Assembly (NCBI GenBank): GCA_037137595.1
Contig: JBAXJZ010000001.1
Coordinates: forward strand, 1-36,496
Direction of reading: 5' to 3'
Length of the DNA stretch: 36,496 nt
From: Burkholderiales bacterium
Lineage (GTDB): Bacteria > Pseudomonadota > Gammaproteobacteria > Burkholderiales > Burkholderiaceae_E
Position 1 is the first letter of the stretch, and every line of letters begins with the position of its first letter. Positions 14,238-22,734 of this stretch are shown one piece after another. The notes below the pieces were generated by a model. The model made no database searches. It was not told the DNA's origin and saw only the letters and a program-made list of their open reading frames with translations. Made by a program: the position numbers and the translations under genes.

Positions 14238-16522
14238 CAGCCCCTCACGCCGGCGCGGCGCGCCATCGACGGGAACGAGGTGCGCAGCGCACGCCGCACC
14301 GCGCCCGGGTTGTCCACGAGCAGCCGCTCGACGCTGCGCGCGTCGACCGCGTTGATCGTCAGGCTGTGCCCGCCGCCGCCGAGCCCTCCGCTCTCGATCT
14401 GGTCGCGCAGCGGGTCGGCGTACTTCGCCGGCAGCACCATCTCGCGCTCGTGGAGCTGCGTCATCGGGTTCATGCCGGCCGGGATGTCGAAGCCCTTCGA
14501 GGCGCTCGCCACCGACAGGCCGGAGGCGAAGGACATCGCGCCGGCGTAGGAGGCGGCCGCCGCGGCCGGGGCGAGCTCGGGGCCGACGATCGGGATCGCC
14601 GCGGTCGACGCGAAGGCCGCCGCGCCCGCGCGCGCGGCGCTCGCGGAGATGTCGCTGAAGGCGTTCTTGATCGACATCACCTTCGTCATCAGCAGGTCGG
14701 TGATCCACTGCGTCGCGATCTTCGATGCGACGCCCTGCGCGATGTTCCCGATGAAGTCGAAGGCGCCGGCCATCAGCGAGCGCATGGTCAGCGTGCCCTG
14801 CCGGATCGAGTTGAACATCCGGTTGAAGGCGCCGCTGATCGCGCCGGTGAACGACTCGACGTGCTCCTGCTGCTGCTTCGGCACGAGGTCGGCCATCTTG
14901 TCGGAGACGTCGCCCTCGGCCGCGAGCGCCTCGTCTTTCGTCAGGTTCCCGGTGGCGAGCAGCTCTCGGATCTGCTCGAGCTGCTTCACGTACTGGCGCG
15001 CCGGGTCGATGACGTTGCGCCAGTGCTCGGCGGCGTCGGCCAGTGCCTTCCGCTGCTTCTCGTCGGCCTCGAAGATCGCCGCCTTCCGTTGCTCCTGCTC
15101 GCGGTAGTCCTCGGCGGCGGCCTCGGCATCGGACTTGCGCGCGGCCTCGAGCCGGGCCTGCTCGTCCTTGAGCTGCGCGAGCGCCATCAGCGTGCGCTGC
15201 GTCTGGGAGTCGAAGTCCTTGAACTTCCCGTTCTGAATCTCCCAGGCGACCTTGTCGGTCTCGTACACCTGGGTCTTCGCGAGGATCTCGCGCTGGGCGG
15301 CCGAGATCGCGTCGGCCTGCTCCTTCTTGATGTCGCGGCCCTTCGCCTTCGAGCCGCCCATGTCACCCATGGTGTTCGTGCCACCGCTGCCGACCTTGGC
15401 GCCGCCGGATGCGTCGGGCGTGACGGCTGCGGCGATCTTCTTGTTCGCCTCCTTGGCCTCCTCGACCATCCTGTTCCAAGTGTTCAGCGCGGTTGCGCGG
15501 TAGGAGGCGATCCCCCGCTTCGCCTCCTCCCAGGCCTGGGCGTACTCGCCCTCGATCACGAGCTTCATGACCCGCGCGAACGCGACCGCCGACTCGGTCA
15601 TCAGCTGGAACGCGCCGACGAACCACGCCTTCAGGATCATCACCGCGCCCTGCAGCATGCGGAAGGTCGCGATCAGCCCCTCCATCACGGTGCGCAGGCC
15701 CTCCACGGCCGACGGGCCGACGGTCGACAGCCAGTTCGCGAACTCGGTGAAGACCGGCATGACCGCATCGCCGACGGTCTTCTTCATCGCGGTCATCACG
15801 TCGTCGAGGTCGTTCACCGCGGCCTTGTAGGCCTTCGTCGCCGCGACGTTGTTCTTCGTGATCGTGAGGCCGAGTTCTTCGTTCTTCTGGCGCGCCTCCT
15901 CGAGCACCGGGCCGGTCAGCTTCATCAGCTTCATGGCGTCGTCGGTGTTCCGGCCGAAGAAGGTCATCGCGGCCGCGGTCTGGTCGACGCCCTGCTTGTA
16001 GCCCTTGGTGATTCCGAGGGCCTCCGAGAACAGGTCGCGGGAGTCGCGCAGGTGCCCGTTGGCGTCGCGGGTCTTCAGGCCCATCTCCTGCAGGCCGTCC
16101 TCGTTCGCCTTGAGCTGGCGCGTGAAGTGCTGCATCGCGCCGACGTAGGTCTCGGAGTCCGCGCCGATGTCGCCGAGCGCGGTGTTCAGCGCCGACGCCT
16201 CGTCGGTCGTGATCCCGAGCGTCGACGCCAGGCGGGCGGCCTCGCCCGTCAGCTTCTTCGACTCGTCGATCATTCCCTTGAAGGCCGAGCCCACAGCGAC
16301 CACGGCGAGCGCGGAGAACAGGCCCGTCAGCTTCCCGATCGGCGCGGCGACCGACTCGAATGCGCCCTTCAGCGACCCGACCTTCGAGTGCAGGTCCTCG
16401 AAGCCGACCTTCATCTTGTCGGAGGCGGCGACGACGGTCTGCGCGGCCTGGTTCATCGCGGGCGCGAGCCCGCCCGTCTCCGCGCCGACCTTGACGTAGA
16501 CGCCGTCGTTCTGAGTGCTCAT
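14237..16522 (-). CDS. Tail tape measure protein
   Basis: 761 aa and helical. The N-terminal motif is LGITTDEASALNTALGDIGA...AMTFFGRNTDDAMKL. The C-terminal region is Gly/Ala-rich and hydrophobic. The gene sits after the G/GT chaperone. Confidence 0.9.
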   Translation of the reverse strand: MSTQNDGVYVKVGAETGGLAPAMNQAAQTVVAASDKMKVGFEDLHSKVGSLKGAFESVAAPIGKLTGLFSALAVVAVGSAFKGMIDESKKLTGEAARLASTLGITTDEASALNTALGDIGADSETYVGAMQHFTRQLKANEDGLQEMGLKTRDANGHLRDSRDLFSEALGITKGYKQGVDQTAAAMTFFGRNTDDAMKLMKLTGPVLEEARQKNEELGLTITKNNVAATKAYKAAVNDLDDVMTAMKKTVGDAVMPVFTEFANWLSTVGPSAVEGLRTVMEGLIATFRMLQGAVMILKAWFVGAFQLMTESAVAFARVMKLVIEGEYAQAWEEAKRGIASYRATALNTWNRMVEEAKEANKKIAAAVTPDASGGAKVGSGGTNTMGDMGGSKAKGRDIKKEQADAISAAQREILAKTQVYETDKVAWEIQNGKFKDFDSQTQRTLMALAQLKDEQARLEAARKSDAEAAAEDYREQEQRKAAIFEADEKQRKALADAAEHWRNVIDPARQYVKQLEQIRELLATGNLTKDEALAAEGDVSDKMADLVPKQQQEHVESFTGAISGAFNRMFNSIRQGTLTMRSLMAGAFDFIGNIAQGVASKIATQWITDLLMTKVMSIKNAFSDISASAARAGAAAFASTAAIPIVGPELAPAAAAASYAGAMSFASGLSVASASKGFDIPAGMNPMTQLHEREMVLPAKYADPLRDQIESGGLGGGGHSLTINAVDARSVERLLVDNPGAVRRALRTSFPSMARRAGVRG

Positions 16523-17081
16523 CGGGTCACCATGGGGAACGAGGACATCAGCTCCGCGACCTCGGCCTCGGTCGGCGGCTTAGGCTCGGCCGCCTTCGTC
16601 TCGCCGCCGCCGAGGTAGAGCGCCACCGACACGTGGACCGGCGGGTACTTCGCCCAGTGGCGCGACAGGGCCGACATGCGCCGCACCGTCAGCTCGTCGA
16701 TGACGTGCCAGGGCCAGCCGGTTGCAGCGGCGACGAAGGCGTAGAGGTCGTCCCAGTCGAACCCCTCGCCGCCGATGCGTTTGGGTCGGCCGGGCCCTCC
16801 GCGGGCGCGAGCCCGCAGACGTCCGCGACGACCATGAAGGCGCTGACCAGCTCCATCGCCTTCACCGGCGCGTCCTGCATCTCGGCCAAGTCCGCGCCGG
16901 CGCACTCGACGACGATCGCGAGCATCTCGTCGAGCACCTGCTCGCCCATGTCGCCGCGCGCCATCGCGCGGCTCACGGTGTTCATGCGCGGCAGCAGCTT
17001 CTTCAGCTTCTTGAACGGTTGCTCGGCCACCACCAGCGTCCGGCGGCCGAGCAGGACCTCCCTCACCATCACGTCGTCCAT
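16519..17081 (-). CDS. Tail assembly chaperone G-T fusion via -1 programmed frameshift
   Basis: The -1 frame after the slippery heptamer stays open to 16519 and encodes protein-like sequence (GFDWDDLYAFVAAATGWPWHVIDELTVRRMSALSRHW...). Its stop overlaps the tape-measure ATG. Confidence 0.65.
16689..17081 (-). CDS. Tail assembly chaperone (gpG analogue)
   Basis: Lies between the major tail and tape measure genes. 130 aa. Only the first ~100 aa look protein-like. Confidence 0.8.
   Translation of the reverse strand: MDDVMVREVLLGRRTLVVAEQPFKKLKKLLPRMNTVSRAMARGDMGEQVLDEMLAIVVECAGADLAEMQDAPVKAMELVSAFMVVADVCGLAPAEGPADPNASAARGSTGTTSTPSSPLQPAGPGTSSTS
16779..16785 (-). other. Slippery heptamer C CCA AAC (X XXY YYZ) for the -1 frameshift
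   Basis: In the G frame, codons GAC CCA AAC correspond to D99 P100 N101. The T frame reads CCC AAA from the same bases. Confidence 0.6.
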
Positions 17082-17087
17082 CGCCCG

Positions 17088-17846
17088 TTACTCCGAGAGC
17101 GCGTAGGTCAGCACGTTCCCCGCCGCGTCCGCGAAGCACGTGAAGTCGAAGTCGGGCACGACGAAGTCGTCGTTCTTCGTCGCGAGCGAGAGCTTCGAGC
17201 CGATCGCGTAGGGGCAGGTGAAGATCAGCGACTTGCCCTGGAACGGCAGGTACAGGTCGACCCGGAAGGCCGGCGCCGCGCCCATGATCAGGTTCTGGAT
17301 CGTCGACTTCTTGGCCGTCGTCGAGGTCGCGGTGTACTGGAACGAGATGAACATCACCTTCGTCGTGTCGGCCGCCGCGAACGTGTAGACCCCGGCCGCG
17401 ACGCTGTACTGCCCCGTGGCCGGCGCCGACGCGACGCGCGTCATCGGCACGCCGTTCGAGTCGCGCACGCCCAGGTCCGCCGACCACGTGCCCGAGTTCG
17501 GCACCGTCGGGGTGATCTGGTACGGCGAACCCGGCACCGCCGTGCCGGTGGTGTCGTAGACGTCCGACGTGATGCCGCTCGTCAGGGTCTGGCCGAAGAA
17601 CAGCGAGTTCAGCAACGCGCCGTTGAGCTGTGCGAACGACGCTTTCCCGGTGATCGAGCCCTTGCCGCGGCCGACCGCCTGCGGGAATTGGTTCTGGCCG
17701 TAGAGGGTCTTCAGGTCGAACGAGACGTCGAGCGAGGCGTTCTGCAGCACGCCGAACTGCACCGGCGTCGGATTGGAGACGGTCGCGCCGGTGGCGTCGA
17801 ACTGGGGGGTGCCGAACAGGGCGCCGCTGCCGAAGAGGAGTTGCAT
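17088..17846 (-). CDS. Major tail (tube) protein
   Basis: 252 aa, beta-rich, Ser/Thr/Gly composition. It sits immediately upstream of the chaperone genes. Confidence 0.8.
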   Translation of the reverse strand: MQLLFGSGALFGTPQFDATGATVSNPTPVQFGVLQNASLDVSFDLKTLYGQNQFPQAVGRGKGSITGKASFAQLNGALLNSLFFGQTLTSGITSDVYDTTGTAVPGSPYQITPTVPNSGTWSADLGVRDSNGVPMTRVASAPATGQYSVAAGVYTFAAADTTKVMFISFQYTATSTTAKKSTIQNLIMGAAPAFRVDLYLPFQGKSLIFTCPYAIGSKLSLATKNDDFVVPDFDFTCFADAAGNVLTYALSE

Positions 17847-17871
17847 GGCGAATGCTCCCGGGGTTGGGTGG

Positions 17872-18303
17872 TCAGGTGGTGAGGATGCGAATCGGGACCA
17901 CCGCGACCGCCTGGTCGCCGAGCGTTCCCTCGTCGGTGTCGATGACCCCCTCGACCCATGCGTGCTCGCACAGGCCGCCGAGGGTGTTCTTCCCGCCCGT
18001 GGCGGGCGTGCCGGCCATCGCCGCGTCGATCGCGTCGAGCAGCGGGTTCAGGATCGGGCCCGGCGCGGCGTTCGACCGCGCCTTCGCGTAGACGTAGACG
18101 TCGACCTCGAGCAGGTACTTGGGCGGCAGGCCCGGGACCGGCGTGGCAGGCATGACGGTCTCGCGCCGCTGCGCCATGAAGAGCGCGGGCTGCTCGCCGC
18201 CGGGCGTGTCGGTCCAGTGCTTCAGGCGACGCGACGCGGTCTGGAACGCGGCGGCTGCGGAGAGCCTCGCGAAGAGCGCGGCGTAGATCGGCTCGCGTGT
18301 CAT
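17872..18303 (-). CDS. Tail terminator / tail completion protein-like
   Basis: 143 aa, between the HK97 gp10-like gene and the major tail gene. ATGA overlap with the upstream gene. Confidence 0.6.
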   Translation of the reverse strand: MTREPIYAALFARLSAAAAFQTASRRLKHWTDTPGGEQPALFMAQRRETVMPATPVPGLPPKYLLEVDVYVYAKARSNAAPGPILNPLLDAIDAAMAGTPATGGKNTLGGLCEHAWVEGVIDTDEGTLGDQAVAVVPIRILTT

Positions 18304-18773
18304 CGCCGCACGCCCTCCTCGACGGCCTTCGCGATCTCGGCGCGGATCTCGGGCGCCATCTCACGCAGCGCGGACCGAAGGAACGAACGCTCGGGCAGGA
18401 CGACGTCGTGCTTCTTCACGTCGACGAGACGGGGGTTCTTCATGGGCTTGCCCCACGCCAGGCGCTGCATGCGCTGGTGCGCCGGCACCTCCCACTTCCC
18501 GCCGTACTCGTGGGGCCGCGCGTATTCCTTGTTCGTGCCGACCTCGGCCACGATGCGTGCGTCGGTGCGCTCCGTGATCTCCTGCGTGATCGAGCCGCGC
18601 AGCCTGCCGCTGCGGTTCTTCAGCACCTGCCCCGAGAGCTTGTCGTTCTTCACGCGGGACAGAAGCCGCAGGCTGACGGCGTTGATCCGCTGCTCGATGC
18701 TGGTCATCACGCGCGGCGCGACGCCGCGCAGCATGCGCGCGGTCGCGGCGGCGCCCTCGACCTCGATCCTCAC
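18300..18773 (-). CDS. HK97 gp10-family head-tail joining protein
   Basis: GTG overlaps the upstream stop (GTGA). Motifs: IEVEG...L, SGRLRGSIT, YARPHEYG. An alternative ATG is at 18737. Confidence 0.75.
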   Translation of the reverse strand: MRIEVEGAAATARMLRGVAPRVMTSIEQRINAVSLRLLSRVKNDKLSGQVLKNRSGRLRGSITQEITERTDARIVAEVGTNKEYARPHEYGGKWEVPAHQRMQRLAWGKPMKNPRLVDVKKHDVVLPERSFLRSALREMAPEIRAEIAKAVEEGVRR

Positions 18774-19318
18774 CACGGCACGACCTTCTTGTAGTTGTTC
18801 AGGATCCGCTCGACCGAGTCCGGGAAGTCGCCCTTGTCGAACGACACGGTCTCGCCGGCCAAGCTCTTCGAGCGATACCCCGCGTATTCCTTCTGCCGGT
18901 ACTTCAGCGCGACGGTCTCGACGCAGGCCTGCTTCAGGTCGTCGGGCACGGTGGCCCAGCCCGCCTGGTAGACGATCGAGACGTTCCGCGCGCCCTTCGT
19001 GAAGACGCGGTTCCGCAGGAAGACCACGTTCTCGTCCTGCGCGTAGCCGGACGCGCCGTAGCCGGTCGACGCAGGCACGCTCGTCCCGTCGATCGTCACG
19101 CTCGTGACGGAGATGACCGGCCAGTTCGACAGCATCATTCCGGCCTTGCCGTTGCCGTCGACGAGGTCGGTGTAGCTGGCCGCCGCGACCGTGCGGTTCA
19201 TGACCGTCTCCATCGCGTTCGACGCCGCCTGGATCAGCGAGGTCAGCAGCGGGTCGTCCTGTGTGCCGGTGATGGCCATGAAGGACTTGACGTCGGAGAG
19301 CGAGCAGAAGGCGGACAC
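18770..19318 (-). CDS. Head-tail connector (gp6-like) protein
   Basis: The N-terminus LSDVKSFMAITGTQDDPLLTSLIQAASNAMETVMNR is typical of gp6-like connectors. Confidence 0.75.
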   Translation of the reverse strand: MSAFCSLSDVKSFMAITGTQDDPLLTSLIQAASNAMETVMNRTVAAASYTDLVDGNGKAGMMLSNWPVISVTSVTIDGTSVPASTGYGASGYAQDENVVFLRNRVFTKGARNVSIVYQAGWATVPDDLKQACVETVALKYRQKEYAGYRSKSLAGETVSFDKGDFPDSVERILNNYKKVVPW

Positions 19319-19333
19319 AGTCGCGGGCCTCTG

Positions 19334-19663
19334 TTACTCGGAGACGGTGATGAAGCCGTGGTCGAGCAGGTCGGCGACCGCGGCCTGCGGCACCTTCACG
19401 CGGCCCTTCTTGTCGGCCTTGAAGGTCTCGCCGCCCCACGAGCACTGGGTCGCGCCCTCGGGCACTTTCAGCGTCGCGAAGGTCTTGGGGTCTTGCGCGG
19501 CCGCCGCGGCAGCAGCGGCGGCTTCCGCAGCTGCGTGCGCGGCGGCGATCGCTTCGGCGTCGGAGATGGCGGGCGGCTGCGCCTCGGCGGCCGGCGGGGT
19601 GCTGCCGGCAGGCGGCGTTTCGCCGGCGGGCGGCGGGTTCTGGTTCTGGGTGTCGTCGGACAT
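19334..19663 (-). CDS. Hypothetical head-module protein with Pro/Ala-rich N-terminus
   Basis: A 109-aa internal ORF directly after the capsid gene, with a GGAG SD. Confidence 0.6.
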   Translation of the reverse strand: MSDDTQNQNPPPAGETPPAGSTPPAAEAQPPAISDAEAIAAAHAAAEAAAAAAAAAQDPKTFATLKVPEGATQCSWGGETFKADKKGRVKVPQAAVADLLDHGFITVSE

Positions 19664-19691
19664 GGTCTGGGCTCCGGTGATGAGGGAGGAG

Positions 19692-19717
19692 CCCCGCGGC
19701 ACTCGCGCGCCGCGGGG
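19692..19717 (-). promoter_or_regulatory. GC-rich stem-loop just downstream of the capsid gene
   Basis: CCCCGCGGC pairs with GCCGCGGGG (9 bp, 8-nt loop). No T-tract, so it is not a classical intrinsic terminator. Confidence 0.35.
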
Positions 19718-19728
19718 TGCGCGGCGCG

Positions 19729-21219
19729 TCAGCCGTTGGCGATGTTGGTGATCATCCCCATCGCGAAGGGGGCGTAGACGGCGAGGACCTCCTCGACGTA
19801 GACGCCGACCTCGTACTGACGGGTGCGCAGCGGCCAGTTGAGCTGGTAGTAGTCCCGGCGCACCTTGACCTCGGCCACGTTCGGGACGTTGTTCGACTGG
19901 TACTGCAGGGGCAGGTCCTCGGCCCAGCCGATGATCGTGCCCGCGGGGATCGCGGGGTGGATCTTGATCGGCACGCGCACGCCGCCGCCGGCGGTGAACG
20001 GGTTGAAGTACCAGCCGACCACGCCACCGGCCTGCATGTTCGCGTAGCCCGTCTGCGGGTCCGCGAAGATCTGCAGCAGCGGCGACGAGCCCGAGGACAT
20101 CACCTTGTTCGACAGGTTCTTCAGCTCCTGCGAGTTCAGGTAGAGGACCGTCGGCGACACCTGGTACAGGTCCCACATCGCCTGGAACATCGTGTCGATC
20201 TCGTTGACCGTGCCGCGGCCCGACGAGGTGAGCACCGTACCCACGCCCGGGGTGCCGGTCGCGAGGGTGTTCACGTAGGCGCCCGAGCCCGAGAGCAGCG
20301 CCGAGTAGATCAGGCCGTCGAAGGCGATCGACTGGTTCCGCGACTGGTCCGCCGCGGTGACCGCCGACGCGAGCTGCCGGGTGCCGTTCAGGGCCGCGGA
20401 GAAGGTCACCGAGTTGATCGTGGTGATCGCCTCGAGGCGCTCGGCGCCGGCGGTTCCGACGAACCACGCATAGCCGAGCGCGCCGGTGATCGGGGTCACC
20501 GAGCACGACAGGGTCTGGCCGAGGGTGATCGCCTGCGAGCCCGCCGCCGACTTGTTCGAGCGGCCGCCGTTGATCGTGATCGTGTTGCCGTCCGCACCGG
20601 TGAACGACGTGGTGTTCGGCACGCCGTTCGCGAGCGAGGCGTTCCGCATGCCCTCGCCGGTCAGCGCGACGACGATCACCGAGTAGGTGTTCGCCGGCAG
20701 CGTGGCGCCCGAGCCGGCGGCCGACAGGGTCGGGGTCGTCGGCGTGCCGAGCGCGGTGCTCGCGTTGCCCAGGAGCAGCGCGTTCTCCTCCTTCAGCATG
20801 CACTGCTGCAGGAGGCGCATCGTCATGTTGGCCTGGATGTCCTCGAAGCCCTGGCCGGCCGACACCGACTCGAAGGACGCCTGGTCCTCCTCGCCGATCG
20901 TCTCGTAGGTCGCCGACTTGTTCGCGGTCGTGTAGGACATGCGCGCCGCGCGCTGGCCCTCCGGCACCCAGCCCGAGCCCGGGTGGCCGCTGCCGACGAT
21001 CGCCGACACCTGGCGCCAGTTGATCGCGGTGCCGCCGTTGCCCGGGACGCGCGGCAGGCGGTTCCGGATCGGCGTCAGCACGGGGTAGAGATTCTTCGAC
21101 GGGGCCTGCAGGTCGAACGCGACGAGGCCGGTGCCCTGCGTGATGGACTTGGCGATCTCGTCGTTCGGCGTGCGCAGCGCCTTCTTGACGTCTTCGATGA
21201 TGGAAGCGGTCTGACCCAT
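19729..21219 (-). CDS. Major capsid protein (HK97 fold), unusually long
   Basis: 496 aa. The ends (LYPVLTPIRNRLPRV near the N-terminus, YYQLNWPLRTRQYEVGVYVEEVLAVYAPFA at the C-terminus) are capsid-like. The position after the protease fits. Confidence 0.9.
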   Translation of the reverse strand: MGQTASIIEDVKKALRTPNDEIAKSITQGTGLVAFDLQAPSKNLYPVLTPIRNRLPRVPGNGGTAINWRQVSAIVGSGHPGSGWVPEGQRAARMSYTTANKSATYETIGEEDQASFESVSAGQGFEDIQANMTMRLLQQCMLKEENALLLGNASTALGTPTTPTLSAAGSGATLPANTYSVIVVALTGEGMRNASLANGVPNTTSFTGADGNTITINGGRSNKSAAGSQAITLGQTLSCSVTPITGALGYAWFVGTAGAERLEAITTINSVTFSAALNGTRQLASAVTAADQSRNQSIAFDGLIYSALLSGSGAYVNTLATGTPGVGTVLTSSGRGTVNEIDTMFQAMWDLYQVSPTVLYLNSQELKNLSNKVMSSGSSPLLQIFADPQTGYANMQAGGVVGWYFNPFTAGGGVRVPIKIHPAIPAGTIIGWAEDLPLQYQSNNVPNVAEVKVRRDYYQLNWPLRTRQYEVGVYVEEVLAVYAPFAMGMITNIANG

Positions 21220-21285
21220 GGTCGGGACTCCTGTGATCGGGTGCGCGTGCGCGCGGTCAGGTGGTGAGGGTTGACGGGAGGGTGG

Positions 21286-22722
21286 TCAGCGGGACGGGAT
21301 GAACGGGGTGCCGCCGCTGCGCAGCACCTTCTTGATCTCGTGCTTCGCCCGCTCTTCGGGCGTCGCGTTCTCGGGCAGCTCGGGGAGCGCGTCCGACTTC
21401 TCGAGCGGCGTGCCGACGTCCTGGGCCTTCTCGAGCGCCTTCAGGAAGGCCTTGCCGGGCGCCGGCATGGCCTCGAGGTCGGCGACTCGCTTCTGCAGGG
21501 CGTCGCGCTGGGCTGCGAGCTTCGACACCGCGTCGACGAGGTCGGCGTCGTCGGGCACGCCGGCGGCCGCGCGAAGCGCCTTGGTGAGGTCGCCGGTACC
21601 GGCCGCGGACGAGACGTCGTCGGCCGATGCGTCGGTGTCCGCGCCGCCGTCGCCGCTGTCGTCGTCCTTCGTCGCGTAGCCGAGGCCGTCGAACTTCGCG
21701 CAGCAGTCCTGCATGGCCTTGTGCACGTCGGCGAGCACGGCCTTCGTCGCGGCCGAGAACCGCGCGCCGGCCTTTGCCAGGTCGCCGGCGGCTGCGGCCT
21801 TCTGCGCGGCCATCAGCTGCAGCGAGGCGAGCATCTCGGCGCTCTCCTCGGCGGTCATGGCGGCGAGGATCGCGGCGCCCTGCGCGAACCAGTCGCGGAG
21901 CTGGCCGGGTACCGGCGAGCCGTCGCCCTCCCAGGCCGCCTCGGCGGTGCTGTCCATGGCGAGCGAACCGACCGACGACAGCAGCGAGGCGAACGCGCCG
22001 ACGGTGTAGAGCCCCTTCTCGACCTTCTCGCCGGCCGCGGGTGCGGGGTCCGACCCCACCGGCTCGGCGGACGACGACGCCCCCTCGGGGAGGGATGAGG
22101 GCGCCGGGGGGTCGGATTCCTTGGCGATCGCGCCCTTCGCTAGCTCGACGAGCCGCTCGGGGGTGATCTCGCCCTTGTTCAGCATGGCCGCGAGGGCGTC
22201 GACGGCGGTCACGGCGGGGTCGCCAGCAGCCTCCGAGGCACCGGCCGGGGTGGTGGTCGCTTCGTCAGCCTCCGACGCGCCTACGGCCTCGCCCTTCCAC
22301 AGCTCGATCGTGGCCTCGGGGTTCGCCGGGCGGTCGACGAGCGACACCTCGACGAGTTTCAGGCCTTTGATCACCGACTTGTTGAGCTGGTCGCGCGCGG
22401 TGACCTTGCCGCCGATGCTGAAGCCCTTGTAGACCCCGGCCTTCACCTTGCGCACCGCCTCGCTGTCGACGACGTGCGCGCCGAACCAGGTGCGGCCGTC
22501 GTCCTCGACGCGCGCCTCGATCGCGGTGCCCGCGGCCTTCGGCTGGTGCATCTCGCGCACCGCGCCCCAGCGCATGTAGTCGGGCAGCGCGGCCTTGATC
22601 GCGTCGGGCTCGACGATCTCGCCGTCGCTGTCCTCGGCGCCGCTCGAGGCGTAGCCGAAGACCTTGATGGTGCCGTCGTCCTGGTCCTCGACCTTCGACA
22701 GCTCGGCGTAGAAGCGTTTCAT
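21286..22722 (-). CDS. Prohead protease (HK97 family) fused to an Ala-rich scaffold-like C-terminal region
   Basis: The N-terminal ~150 aa carries FGYASSGAEDSDGEIV...WGAVREMH...GFSIGG...VEVSLVDRPANP. The C-terminal ~320 aa is helical and Ala/Asp-rich. Confidence 0.85.
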   Translation of the reverse strand: MKRFYAELSKVEDQDDGTIKVFGYASSGAEDSDGEIVEPDAIKAALPDYMRWGAVREMHQPKAAGTAIEARVEDDGRTWFGAHVVDSEAVRKVKAGVYKGFSIGGKVTARDQLNKSVIKGLKLVEVSLVDRPANPEATIELWKGEAVGASEADEATTTPAGASEAAGDPAVTAVDALAAMLNKGEITPERLVELAKGAIAKESDPPAPSSLPEGASSSAEPVGSDPAPAAGEKVEKGLYTVGAFASLLSSVGSLAMDSTAEAAWEGDGSPVPGQLRDWFAQGAAILAAMTAEESAEMLASLQLMAAQKAAAAGDLAKAGARFSAATKAVLADVHKAMQDCCAKFDGLGYATKDDDSGDGGADTDASADDVSSAAGTGDLTKALRAAAGVPDDADLVDAVSKLAAQRDALQKRVADLEAMPAPGKAFLKALEKAQDVGTPLEKSDALPELPENATPEERAKHEIKKVLRSGGTPFIPSR

Positions 22723-22734
22723 CGGATGGGGTCC

